64,000 bases of DNA, from the NCBI GenBank assembly GCA_030265395.1, contig JARFYF010000053.1, positions 16,331,690-16,395,689 on the forward strand, read 5' to 3'. The stretch comes from Rhina ancylostomus (lineage: Eukaryota). Numbering within the stretch: the stretch's first letter is position 1; each line of letters opens with the position of its first letter. Of this stretch, positions 27,591-39,725 are shown one piece after another. Below the pieces are notes generated by a model. It ran no database searches. It worked only from the letters and a program-made list of their open reading frames with translations, and had not been told where the DNA came from. Both the position numbers and the translations under genes were made by a program.

Positions 27591-27719
27591 AAAACTTCCA
27601 GCATGTGACTGGATATCTAACTCATTTTAAAAAAATCTCCCTTAAAATACCTTCACGTTAAAGGTTCGTGAGCATGCCGAGATATTCGAATTTGACTGCT
27701 GCCCTTGGACCATTGGGAT

Positions 27720-27901
27720 GTGAAAGAGTTAATTGAGGTGGCAAGTCTTCCACGTGATTGAATTTTTTGGCGGTTATGTCACAAATATCTGAACCCTCTT
27801 GCCCCAAAAGGTCTTATTGTCTTATTTAGTAAACAACCCGCCCATTTCAGTAATAGGGTGAAGGGAAAGAGGGAAGAGAGAGGGAGAGCCCAGAGTTTAA
27901 T
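27720..27901 (+). promoter_or_regulatory. Candidate proximal promoter/5' UTR of the Alx gene
   Basis: E-box CACGTG at 27751-27756, GC box CCGCCC at 27838-27843 and a purine (GA) tract at about 27855-27887, directly upstream of the ATG inside a CpG-retaining domain. Confidence 0.5.
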
Positions 27902-28223
27902 ATGAAACATCAGCACGACAGTGGCGAACTGATCATGGAGTCCCGGGTCTGTTTACCGTTCCGCACCTCTTCCAGCCAGTCTCACGCAGACCCGGAGCCC
28001 GATGTTATGGCCTTTTATCCCCGTGACAAACTTCACAGCGCGGCCGGCAGCCGGAGCATCTGCGGCAACTCCCGAGCCGACAGAGTTCCAGGGGCCCGTT
28101 GCGATTACTTGTACGTCGATGGCCATCGCAGGTCGGCAGCGGGGAACCCACCCAAGTACTTGGAGAGTGTCGAAGGACATCGGCCCGGGTCGTTAAATGG
28201 GGAGGTGAATGCCAGCCCCGAGG
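27902..28223 (+). CDS. ALX3: Alx homeobox gene, coding exon 1 (start at ATG 27902 or, more likely, ATG 27935)
   Basis: GC/CpG-rich ORF MKHQHDSGELIMESRVCLPFR...PPKYLESVEGHRPGSLNGEVNASPE ends at a consensus donor GAGG|GTGAGT (intron starts 28224, phase 1). MESRVCLPFR and PPKYLE..SLNG resemble the human ALX3 N-terminal motifs MDPEHCAPFR and PPAKYLQD..ALNG (from memory). The phase matches exon 2. Confidence 0.8.
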
Positions 28224-31113
28224 GTGAGTGTTGCCTACGGAAAAAGTTTGCGCTGAGAGCTTCTCGTCGTAGGTGAATTATAATTGATGTAAAACGAAAT
28301 TCTGAATTCCGCTGCGGATGCTAGAAGTCTGGAGGTCGACTGGGCACACTGGAAATTGCCAGACAGTTATGATTAGTTAGACCAGTACCAGATTCAAATT
28401 CAGATTAGTTTATTGTTATATACAGCAGGGTGCAATGAAATTCCTTGCTGGCGTAAAGCTCACCGAGTAAAGAGTGTACATGGTAATAATAAATACTGCA
28501 GTGCCGGATTCATTAAAGATTGGCTGCATCAGTTGTGAAAACAAGGAAATCGCTGTTGCAGGAGCATGGATCCGAGCGTTAATTTCGTTTGTTTACAAAC
28601 TGTGCGTCCAGTCGAACTGTGGTCCTGGTTCTGTCATTCACCCGAATGCAAACTGGAGTAGGTGGACGAGGATATTTCTTAAACGTAGAAATAGTATTTC
28701 TTTATGTTTGAGGTTGCAACCATTAGCCGAAAGCATTTTCCCCCTGGGACTGAGGTGATTAATTCCTGTTCCCGAGAGGAAGAGTTGCGTTGGACCGCTT
28801 ATGTCACTCGGGAATCGTCAATCCATAACTCTAATGTGCCAGGTCTAGAACTTCACCCTGACTCAATGCAGTTTCAAACTTAAACAAACATATTTGATTT
28901 TGCAGAGATTGCGTTCATTATGTCGGTTTTTACATTGGAGCCGATGCTTTATGAATACAATCACGACGCACATCATCCGACCATGATCTCTCATCACAGA
29001 TGCCATTCGGCCAACGTGCCTGCCCTCGCCCATTGGCAGAGGCATCCATCTGGGATCTTTTGCATCCCGCCGCCAAGGGAGCGGGTTCCGGCCTTTTGCT
29101 CTTTGGTTTGGTTTTCAATCAGATTGAATATCTCATAGTTTACAAAATCGATTACTCCGTAAAGTTGAATTCTTGTTTTAAACCCCTGCCCGAGGTCCAT
29201 TTGGGGTTACGGTGTGATCAAAGGTCGCAGCACGGAGTCACCGACCAAAAACTGGGACAGCAAGAGTGAAGTTTTTACCTGTTTTGAATCATTGTGCGCA
29301 AACATAACACGGAGCGGAAAAATGTTAACGAGAGAGGTTTTCGCATATAACCGTGGAACCAATATTGTGTTCATATCTATTCTCTCCCAGTTGAGGATTA
29401 TTTCTTCCTCACTCTTTTGCCGGCGGGAACAGCAGGGAGTTTTATCTCAATCTTTGTTCCAATGTGCTCTGTAGAAAATAATCCCATCCTGTTAAATTAG
29501 CATGATCAGAAAGGCAAGGGAAATAAACGGTTGGGTTCCAATTCATCGGGTAGATCCACGTTAGCATTGCCACATTTAGTGTTTTACCTCAAATCACTAC
29601 ATCCATACATCCCTCTCCTCCCCCCACTGTGGTTTAGTATGGAGAAAATTACTTGGTTTGCAATAAATAAGAATTTTTGTAAGAATTCATTCGGCGTTTA
29701 CCGCTGGCATCTGTTATTTCAAAAGCAGTATTCCGTCTTGACCCAGTTTTCGGGCTCATTGGATTTGTCGAGAGTACAGTACACACTCCAAGGCGGAACA
29801 GGAGGGAAAATGTAGGTGTGGAAGATTTAACAATCAGGGCATGAAAAATCCAGGATTGTTTAGGATGAGGATATTAATTCTCGTGATATAAAGAACATTT
29901 ATTCCTATGGATTTGCGCGGACTATTTCCAAGAGCACTTACATTAATCCCATTTCCCTGTTCTCCTCCCCACTCACCACCAGTTTCCTGCAATTGTTTTC
30001 TCCAGTATTTATCCAAGCTACTGTTGAATCTACATCTATCGCCCTCTGAGGCAATGCGTTGTAAATCCTAACCATTCCCGGTGGAAAACGTGCTTCCACC
30101 TGTCACCAGTCATTTTTTTTGGGGAAACTATTTCCCTTTTTCCATGATTTTCAATGCCCCAACAAATCTTACTTTTTTTATCTCCCTAAGGAGAACAATC
30201 CCAACGTCGGTTAACTATAATTCACCTTTCTTGGGGCCATTCTAGATTATTTTCAAATCTTCTCAAAAGCCAGAAGATCCTTCCTAAATATGGTATCTAG
30301 AATTGGGCAAGATTCTGCAACAAGGGCTAGAGTATTATTTTGAGTGGATTTGCCAAAGTATCCTGTCTTTTGTACTCAGTGCTTCTAGTTATGCCAACCT
30401 GATCCACTAACTTCCTAGTGCTTCCTAGTTTTCTAGCTTCTAATTATATGTATTAGAAATATGGCCTCTCTTCATTCTACCTTCCAAATGTATCACCCTG
30501 CACTTTCTGATGTTGAATATCATCTATCATGTGTCTGTCTGTGTTGATAACACCTGATTATGAAGTCTATTACTGTATTCCTCACCATTTCCTGCACTTC
30601 CAACTATTATTGGCATGGGGAATGCAAGCCACAAATTTCAAAATTTACATCCCATGTCATTAATGTATTTCAAAAGTGCAATGGTCCTAATTCAGGAAGT
30701 TCACTCTATCTACTCCCAGTTGAAAGAAAATTCATCCATTTACAGAAGTTATTTGTCTTCTATTTCTTATATCATTTTGTAAGTCTGTTGCTATTTCATC
30801 TTTTATTTCATTGGTTTTAATTTTGCAAACAAGCCTAAAATGTGTAACTTTTGAACGTCCATTAACACTGCAAACCCTTTCCGCTATATCATCAGAAAAA
30901 TCAATCAAGTTGGATAACATTGACAACTGTTTCATTTTTTGCAAATTGGTTGTTCCTTTCTATTTTAATTTATATTTCAAATTGTTCCTTCTAATTTTGA
31001 TCCTACTGTCAATTTTTAAAGCTGTTGTTATTATGACAATTTTGATGTGCTCCCTAGCATGAACATTCATCCACCTTCCCCTTGCTGCAATTTTAAACAT
31101 GCGAGTGTTCTTA

Positions 31114-31250
31114 CTTTATCAGTTCTGATGAAGGGTCATTAACCTGAAGTGTCAGCTCTGTTTCTCGCTCACCCAACCACCACCACCTCCCCACCCCAGG
31201 TGCTGCCTGACCTGCTGAGCACTCTAGCATCATCAGTTTTTTGTTCTTAT
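31114..31250 (+). mobile_element. Hammerhead-bearing short element in sense orientation in intron 1
   Basis: AGTT-CTGATGA-A-GGGTCATTAACCT-GAAG-TG-TC-AGCT at 31121-31157, then TGCTGCCTGACCTGCTGAGCACTCTAGCA. A short palindrome remnant CTTTATCAG-TT-CTGATGAAG is present. Confidence 0.7.
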
Positions 31251-32529
31251 TCTGCTGGTCCTCTTTTATTAGTCTATGCTTGTCCACATCACTGTTCATT
31301 ATCTTTGGGATTATTGTTTCTCAAACAACATCATTTCTGATGATAGACCAGCTGGCCTGTCATTGTCAGGTTATTGGTTCACTACCTTTTTGAACAAGGT
31401 GAAGTATTTTTAATTCTCCAATCCCCAGGTTCCACCCATGTATTTAAAAAAAATTGGAAAATTGAGAGCATCTATACTTTCATCAAGAAACAAAATGTAT
31501 CACATTCAAACCTGGCAATTTAATTATTTTAAGCACCATCAACCTATCTCCAATTAGTTTCATTGCCAGTAGCCTCTTTATTTGGCAAAGTCCTCTTGGT
31601 AAAGACTGATGCAAAATGCTCCAATACCATAGGTGGCTTCTGCCTCTATTAATCTACATTTTGATTCCTGTTCAGTCCCAGTGCTCCTCTAACTATCCCT
31701 TTCACTGTTAATATGCACAGGGAAGATCTTTACCTTCCCTGCTACAGTTAAACCAACTTGTTCTCATCCAATCTATTTAATATTCTTAATCCTTCNNNNN
31801 NNNNNNNNNNNNNNNNNNNNNNNNNNNNNNNNNNNNNNNNNNNNNNNNNNNNNNNNNNNNNNNNNNNNNNNNNNNNNNNNNNNNNNNNNNNNNNNTCCTT
31901 ACTTCCCTGTGTATTTTTTGGATATTCCAACTAGTTATTTTTTCTTATCTTCAGGATTTTATCCATCAATGCCTTCCTTTTTATTGGACGGAAAGCATAC
32001 TGATCCTGAACACAGCAAAAAATTCATCCCATATCTACCTACAGCACAATCACTGCCTATATTCAGCATCAAAATTATTGTTACTACTTTATTATTATTT
32101 TCCCTGTAATTTATTAATCAATTAGCTTCTCAATTTCCTTTCTATTCAGTAATGTATAAAATACACTCTGGCCTTGAGGTGTCTCTACTTTCAAGCTCAT
32201 ACCATTCCTTCTGAGATTGTGACTGGTTTATATCATATATAGAAATATCTGTTGCATAAAATTTCATCACACAGAAAGGAGACATTTCAGCCAAATGCCT
32301 CATGCTTATGTTCATGTGAATCTACTCCTATAATAACTCACCTGGTTCCATCAACATATTCTTCTAGTCCCTTATGCACTTCCTGTTTATAACTAATTGC
32401 AACTGCACTATTCTCCTTGGCAAATGAATCTTTAAAAAAATCTGCAGCTACTAGAATTTTGCATTAAACTCCACTTGTTGTGTTACTGCCCAGTTCACCA
32501 CCCAGCCATGTCATTGTCTCAAAAGCAAA

Positions 32530-32626
32530 TAAAAACTGGAAATCTGACATAGAACAGAAAATGCTGGAAGTGCTCAGCAGTTCAGGCAGCATCTGTGGAG
32601 AGAGAAACAGAGTCAAAGACCCTTCG
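32530..32626 (-). mobile_element. Same family, hammerhead mostly deleted
   Basis: CAGAAAATGCTGGAAGTGCTCAGCAGTTCAGGCAGCATCTGTGGAGAGAGAAACAGAGT..GACCCTTC. Confidence 0.65.
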
Positions 32627-33014
32627 TAAACAACCTAATTCCAGGCACAGTTATGCAGTTGTTCTCAGCCAGCACAGACAATAAGTTGATTTTTTCTTGA
32701 CCTTTCAAGACATTCCCTCTTTCCGCACAATAATATTATCCATATTCAAAACAGCTACCCCTCTTTTTTTTATTCCTTCCCATTCCTGAATAACACTTCC
32801 TCTTTTTTTCTGAGATAGGTCCCTGTTATCACCATTATGCTACACCTTACTTTATATTACAGTAAAATCAGCACAAAGTAGAGCTGATGGACAATGGTAT
32901 CAAGAGACTGAAGAGAAGATGGATAAATAGATGTGATATATAGATTGGGCTTGATCTAACTGAATGAAAGAGCAAGCTAGAAGGGTCTATGGGCTGTGCC
33001 TGTTGCTGTACAAG

Positions 33015-33605
33015 GCACACAAGAAAACAGGAGAAGCAGTAGGTTACCTGGCCCCTCAAGCTTGCTCTTCCATTTAATAGGATCACAGTTGATCTGTCCA
33101 GGTCTCAACTCCTGTTCGTGTTCCCAAAGCCTCAAACTCAATCTTTCAAAATATATCTAGCTGCCCTTTAAATACCTTCAATGATACCCCCAAACCTCCA
33201 GAGAATTCTAGAGATTTAACATGCCCTGAGAAAAGAATTCCTACACACCTCAATTTTAAATGACTGCCCTCTTATGTTATAACTATGCCCTCTTATTCAA
33301 GGCTCTCCCACTAGTGGAAATATGTCAAAATATAACCTCTTTTATGTTTAAATAAGATCACCCTCCTTCTAAACTCCAAAAAATACAGATCCCACTTTCT
33401 AGCTGCTTGGGATAGAACAAACCTCTCATTCCAGGAATTAGCCTGGTGACTCTTCTTTGGACTGGTTCTAATGCTTGTGTATTCTTTCTTAAGAAAGGGC
33501 AGCAAAACTGTTCACAATACTCCAGGTGTGGACTCACCAACCCCTGTAAAGTGTAACAGGATTTCCCTATATTGAAGCTACAACCCCTTTATAATAAAGG
33601 CCAAT
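33015..33605 (-). mobile_element. CR1 LINE 3' portion
   Basis: Minus ORF LVSPHLEYCEQF..LEPVQRRVTRLIPGMRGL (the RPHLEYC..LERVQRRFT motif). Confidence 0.85.
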
Positions 33606-34253
33606 AGCAAGACAGATAGATGAAGTCTGGTTTAAAGGAGATGTTCCTTATCAAAGGAAGACAATCAATATTTCCAAGCTCATACCATTCCTTCCAAGAT
33701 CTGTTTGGTTAATTTTTATCAATTGCGGTGATTTTTTTTACAAAGAAGTTCACAGCTCAGAAATTTTATCTAATTTGCCCTTTGTTTATACTCCAAAAAT
33801 ACCAATTCTTACCCAACTTCATCTCAACCCACCCCCAGGCTCTTCAAATCCCTCATTTACTTACTATTGTCACAATGTTGATCCAGAGCAAACTCACAGA
33901 GAACCCAAATGCGGCACACCAATACAAGACTGGAGTCAGGANNNNNNNNNNNNNNNNNNNNNNNNNNNNNNNNNNNNNNNNNNNNNNNNNNNNNNNNNNN
34001 NNNNNNNNNNNNNNNNNNNNNNNNNNNNNNNNNNNNNNNNNNNNNNNNNNNNNNNNNNNNNNNNNNNNNNNNNNNNNNNNNNNNNNNNNNNNNNNNNNNN
34101 NNNNNNNNNNNNNNNNNNNNNNNNNNNNNNNNNNNNNNNNNNNNNNNNNNNNNNNNNNNNNNNNNNNNNNNNNNNNNNNNNNNNNNNNNNNNNNNNNNNN
34201 NNNNNNNNNNNNNNNNNNNNNNNNNNNNNNNNNNNNNNNNNNNNNNNNNNNNN

Positions 34254-34398
34254 TCTTTGGAATGTGGGAGGAAACCGGAGCACCCGGAAGGAAACCCACG
34301 CAGACACAGGAGAACGTTCAAACTCCTTACAGGCAGGGGCGGGTATCGAACCTGTGTCACGGGTGCTGTAATAGCGTCGTGCTAGCCACTATACTACC
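34254..34398 (-). mobile_element. V-SINE 5' part
   Basis: TCTTTGGAATGTGGGAGGAAACCGGAGCACCCGGAAGGAAACCCACGCAGACAC is the reverse complement of the V-domain. Confidence 0.8.
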
Positions 34399-36366
34399 AG
34401 ATGTGTTCAGGGCCATCACTTCTCTAAAGTAATATGTTAAAAGAAGTAAATAACATTTTAACTTTAATTTCAAGAGGGATTGAAATTTAAAAATAAGGCC
34501 CATTAATGCTTAACTCTAACCTAAAGCAAAAACAGAAGAAATTGAAGCAGGGTCGATCATTCCACCCCTCAAGTCTGCTCCACTATCAAAAAGATTATGG
34601 GTGATCTTTTGTCTCAACACCACATTCCTATATTAAATCTACATCCCTTAATCAATATCTGAACACCAACTGATGTCCCCACTCATTTCTAGGAATTACA
34701 CCCGGAAAGAATAAGATGGGCTAGAACCTGCCAGTGGTTCCATAGAGAACCTCTGACATCCTCTACACAGACCAACTTCAATTTGACGGTTGTGCCTCTG
34801 GAACCTAAAGGCAAACTTGAGACCATTTGATCTCCCACACCACTACTGCATTCAGCATTTTGCACCCAGCCCCTCAGCTTTATACTGGAGGTTGAATCGA
34901 ATGGAATCCTGCTCCTTAATTAAAATTGTAATGAATGTGGATACTTTGCTTATTTTTCTTTATTTATTCTTCAGGCCATTTATTAATTTCTGGCAGTTTA
35001 ATCTGTTTTTAAGTTATCTTATTGCATTTTTAAAATTATTTAGATCCAAATGACCAATGTTTAAATGTCTCATTATCAGAAACATTTAAAATAGTTTAAA
35101 AGACCTTTGACAGCAGTGAGCTGTCAAAAAGCAATCAGTTTATTCTGAGGCCGGGCCTCAGGATCTTTTGCCTGGGACCTAGTTGCTATCAATAGCCTGG
35201 CTCTGTCAACTAGGGGTCAGTCTTATTTGGAACCACAGACAGTGGGAAAAGCTCATGGGCTGGGGGAGAGAGGGTGGGGTCACTGTAGGTGTGGGTATGT
35301 GGCAGGTACAATTAGGTGTTGGGCTGGATAGAGCAAAAACAAGATAAATTCAAGATTATCCAGGATGGTAACAAGGCTAACTGGTTAAATTATAAAGAAG
35401 GGTTGCTTCAAAGATGATCTAAACTGATTGGTTGCTTCAAAAGTGATCTAATTGAAATTAATACTTTGCAAGGATTTGTCTGGGTTGATTGTAAGAAAAT
35501 AATCCTGGTAGTATTTGGTACCCTGAACAAGAGACAGAACATATTTCAAGGTCGGCTGTTAGGAGGCAATATTTGTTTTAGAAATCTGGAGCTTTCTATT
35601 CCAAAAAAAAACACTTCCTCAAAATAATGTGAAGATGATACAGCCAGAAGTGGAGTGTGTAACCCAGCTGGTCAATGCCAGGGTTTATGTGCCACATGGA
35701 CTTCCTCCAACAGCCTTCCTTCTCCATCAGATAAGCATCCATCTTACTGACGATTGCTCATCCACACAGTTCTCCTTTATGACTCCTTGGGTGGCAGTGA
35801 GTTACAGATTCTAACTATTCTCTGAGTAAAATTTACATTGAACAGGGAATTCTGAAGAAACCAATGAGTGGTGAGATTGTGGAACTCACCAGTATAGGAA
35901 GTGGTTGAGATGAATTGTACAGATGCCTTAGAGGCAAGGATGTATTGGAGGAGGAACAGGGGGTTACACTTGTTTGAATGAGGAAAGGTCGATTGGACTG
36001 AATGTTCCGTCTCTGCATCTTATGTCCCATGTAAGCCTGTATCATCCCAGTTTTCAACTACTTCCCATCCAAAGAGTAACTGGTGATGGGGGGGGGGGGT
36101 GAATTCTGGAATGTGGTAATAAATTAGATGCTTACAAAGTTCCAACAAGGAAAATATAGGACGAAGGCCTGATGCACAGTGACATAAATACTTTCAATTC
36201 AGCACTGGAAAATGCTTCTGTTTGCCTGCAAATGCATTTGTCACCTTTGTTCTTCCAATTGTCAACCCTCCAAGAGACTCAGAGTCTTGAACTATAACAG
36301 GGTTGTTATTGTTGGATCTGTTGTTTAGTCAGTATTGTCACTGCCTTAGGTTCATTTACAGAACTA

Positions 36367-36640
36367 GAATTGGTTTATTATTATCACATGTTCCGAGATA
36401 CAGTGAAAAGGTTTGGCTTCCCTGCCATCCGAACAGATCGTTCCATACCTAAGTACATCGAGATAGTAAAAAGGAAAACAAGATGCCAGAATATAGTGTT
36501 ACAGTTACAGAAAATGCAGTGCAGGTAAACAAATAAATTGCAAGGTCCACATCGAGGTAGATTAGGAGATCAAGAGTTCAACTTTTAGAAGTCTGACAGC
36601 AGCGGAATCTAAGCTGTCCTTAAGCCTGCGGGTACCTGTT
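36367..36640 (-). mobile_element. LINE 3' end (Rex1/Babar-like, tentative)
   Basis: ATTGGTTTATTATTATCACATGTTCCGAGATACAGTGAAAA is the reverse complement of the 3' end at 10580-10625. Related ends occur at about 11905-12050 and 28390-28460. Confidence 0.45.
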
Positions 36641-39307
36641 GTACCCTGTAGTAAAGTGTTGCTGTAGAATTTAAGAGCGCAAATTTGCACCCAGCCCCTC
36701 GGCTCTACACTGCAGATTTGTTTCAATGGGATCACTGTGCTTGATTAAAATGGTAAGGACGAGTGGATACTTTGTTATTTCCCCCTTTATTCCTTTTTTT
36801 TTGTTTTATTGCTGAAACCATGATATGTTCTGGTCTTGCTACTGACTTTCCACCTTTCAGTTACGTGAATAATTGCCGCCGGTATTGTCCCCGATCCCCA
36901 TTTTAATAGCGTGGGAGAATTCAAATTATGCAATTGTACGTCAGAGTGATATTATTGACCGCAGATATACTCCACAAAATGAATCACATAAAATATGAAA
37001 AATGATTTTTTAATGATGCATATACTACGAAATGGTAACTTCTGTAGGTGAAAGTTGGAAATGTGAACCCTGGATTGTGAGTCCTGTGAATTTGCCCTAA
37101 CATTCCATGCAGAATCTGCCCCGAAGTCTTGGGATATAGTGTATGCCTTGGAGAATTCTTAATAATTTACAGCTTTAGAGCATACGTGAAGCTTTATTAA
37201 CATTAGTCAAATTCCTTTATCCCCGGATTTAGAAAATCCGTTTTAAAGACGAGAAATTCAATCTGTCCTGGATTCACGAATCCCGGCCTACAGGGTTAGT
37301 CCCAGTCCTGGTTTCCCGAATGCCGCACTCCGTGGTCTTAAAATCTCAGTTCCCGAGCTCCGGAGCTTCAGTCTTTGTCCTGAGTCCCGGGATCACCAGT
37401 CCCGGGTCGCCAGTGGTTTCCGAATAACTCACTTCGAAGAAAAAGTGCACATCTGAAAATAAAGCTTCCCGGTACTTTTCCGTGCGTTCCAAGGGGCCGA
37501 TGTAATCACTACAAATATTGCACCAATGTATCATTCATTCGAGTTAATTAATTCCTCTCTATCTGGGATGGTATTGACTATGATTATTATTTTGTTTGCA
37601 ATGATTGTCCAGTTTTAGGTAACATGAATATCTTTGTAGCAAATTTTTACAGCTGATATTTAAGATTTCCCCATTTCATTGGCAATTCCCTTCACCCAAT
37701 CCCTCAAAGTAAAATGCGCAATCTACTAATTGGCTTTGGTTTGGGAATGCAACAAAGCGCCTCTTGTATTTTCGGCAACAACATTTATTACTTAAAAACC
37801 AACAGAAAATTAATTAAGCATCAATCTGTTGCCCGTTAATAGAAATCAACTTAGAGCACTGCTGAGTTTGTTACCGTACTTCCTAACAAAAAGAAACACA
37901 TAAAACATCTTCTCAAAATTAACGCTACGCATTATAGTGACTGTTCTGCACAACCTTGGGTAGACTCTGCCTTTAAAGTTGTATTCCAACCAAAGCCCGC
38001 CACCTTCCGCTAGAGAAACGATTCATGGATGTTTGAGCAGATTGTTCACAAACTTGCTTTAAGAATGAGCGATTTAAATGTTCTTGAAACAAGTTGAAAG
38101 ATATTTTGACGGTGAATCCAATTGGGAGACTTCTGTGAAAAGAGATCGGCTTACTAAATTAAATAATTCTCCAAAAATCTAATATAAATTAATAACATTG
38201 AATAAATTTCTTTCAGCTGAATTTCTCTACTCAGACTCCTAGTTATTTTCCGTAGACACTTCGACTTATTTTCCTCTCTCTTTTCTACCTCAGCCCCTTG
38301 TTACTTGTGTAAGTGTCTCCCATTCTCACGGCAGAATTGCCAGTAATCCAAGTCAGACCTGGTTTAAATTAGATCTAATTTTATTTACAAGAAGTAAAGA
38401 TTAAAGTGCAAGGCCCCACTCAGGACAAATCTCTGGTTAGTTTCTTCAGTGAAAGGGCGCCCTGTGTTGTGGGCGGTGAAAGATATACACAGCGGAAATT
38501 TGGATAGATTCATTACAATTCTGGGGCAGAGAGAAACCAGCAAGACCCGAAGAGAATTGCCGGTCGCCTGGTACTCCTGCATTCTGTGCATATTTACCGA
38601 CCTGAATATGACAGGATATGATCAGATTTATTTCTCATTCTGTTTAGATATCTGTCCCTAAAAGACTGGAAGGTACATTGAATAATTCTGCGATAAAATG
38701 ACATATCCGTTAACGTGGCCTCTTTAAAAAGGTAAACTGCTGTCAATTATCCTAAATAAGCCCGACTCACTGAGCGGGCGTGCTTCAGCACAACACTGGT
38801 GCGTGAAGCCTTCACATTTTCTTGACGTTTTAATATTGAGGTTGTCTCTGAGAGCAGAGTCTGTCTAGTACATTGGGTAGAAATGCCAATTCAATTATCT
38901 TCCTCTGGCCTTTCTATATGTCTTGCGCACAGACTGGGTAGAATGGATCCGGGAGTTTCAATCCGGCTGGAAATCTTTTGTGCCCGGATCAGTTTAATTT
39001 CGGTTTTCTTGGCCATGTATTCCAAAACATAATCGGGCTCCAATCTGTTAGACGGATGTTTCTTTCTTTTAGTCTCAAACAATGATGCTGACTCTCGTTG
39101 GCAAGAAAGTGTTAATCCGGATTATCGCTTTAGATTCCAGTAAACATCGCGAGTTCCACTTAATATGATATTAACTTTTAATATTCAAATTCGATGTCGT
39201 TAAACGATACTGTCAAGTTCTTTTCTCGTCACGTCCCTTTATGAAACTACTTAAAATGTTCTTAAGGTTTTGATTTACTTACACGTTTTAAAATATTGTT
39301 TAAACTA

Positions 39308-39725
39308 CGAGGACAGAGTGGATAGACAGGACTGGTTTTCTTTGGACTTCAGAAGGTTGAGGGGTGACTTGATTGACGAATACAAAATTATGAAAAATAT
39401 AGATAGGACAGATAGTGAGACACTCTTCCTCGTAGCGGAGGTGTCTACAACCAGAGGACATACATTTAATGTAAGGGGTAAGAGATTGAGACAGTGTTTA
39501 TTCACACAGAAGGTAGTTGAAATCTGGAACGCACTGCCTGCCGAGCTGGTGGAGACAAGAACTCCCACTACATTTGAGAGGTACTGAGATAAGTACATGA
39601 ATTGCCACGGCATGGAAGGGTAGAGTCAGAGTGATGGAAAATGGGTTTGGTTTAAATAGGTATTTGATGGCCAGCATAGACAGTGGGCCGAATGGCCCGT
39701 TTCCTTGCTGTATAATTCTATGGCT
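39308..39725 (+). mobile_element. CR1 LINE 3' end
   Basis: YEDRVDR..FSLDFRRLRGDLIDEYKIM..TRGH..FTQKVVEIWNALP plus the 3' UTR GGGCCGAATGGCCCGTTTCCTTGCTGTATAATTCTATG. Confidence 0.9.

Larger units (their letters stand above)
26180..30210. promoter_or_regulatory. CpG-retaining domain (CpG island-like) over the promoter and exon 1
   Basis: CG dinucleotides are frequent here and visibly depleted in the flanks (judged by eye, not counted). Confidence 0.7.

Noticed and set aside
28224-28276. Continuation of ORF 27902 (ECCLRKKFALRASRRR)
   Set aside because: Lies past a consensus GTGAGT donor, so it is intron read-through.
33728-34432. ORFs spanning N blocks (also at 5.0, 7.9, 43.2, 47.2, 51.7 and 61.2 kb)
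   Set aside because: Artefacts of untranslatable N runs, which mostly fall inside repeats and look like masking or gaps.
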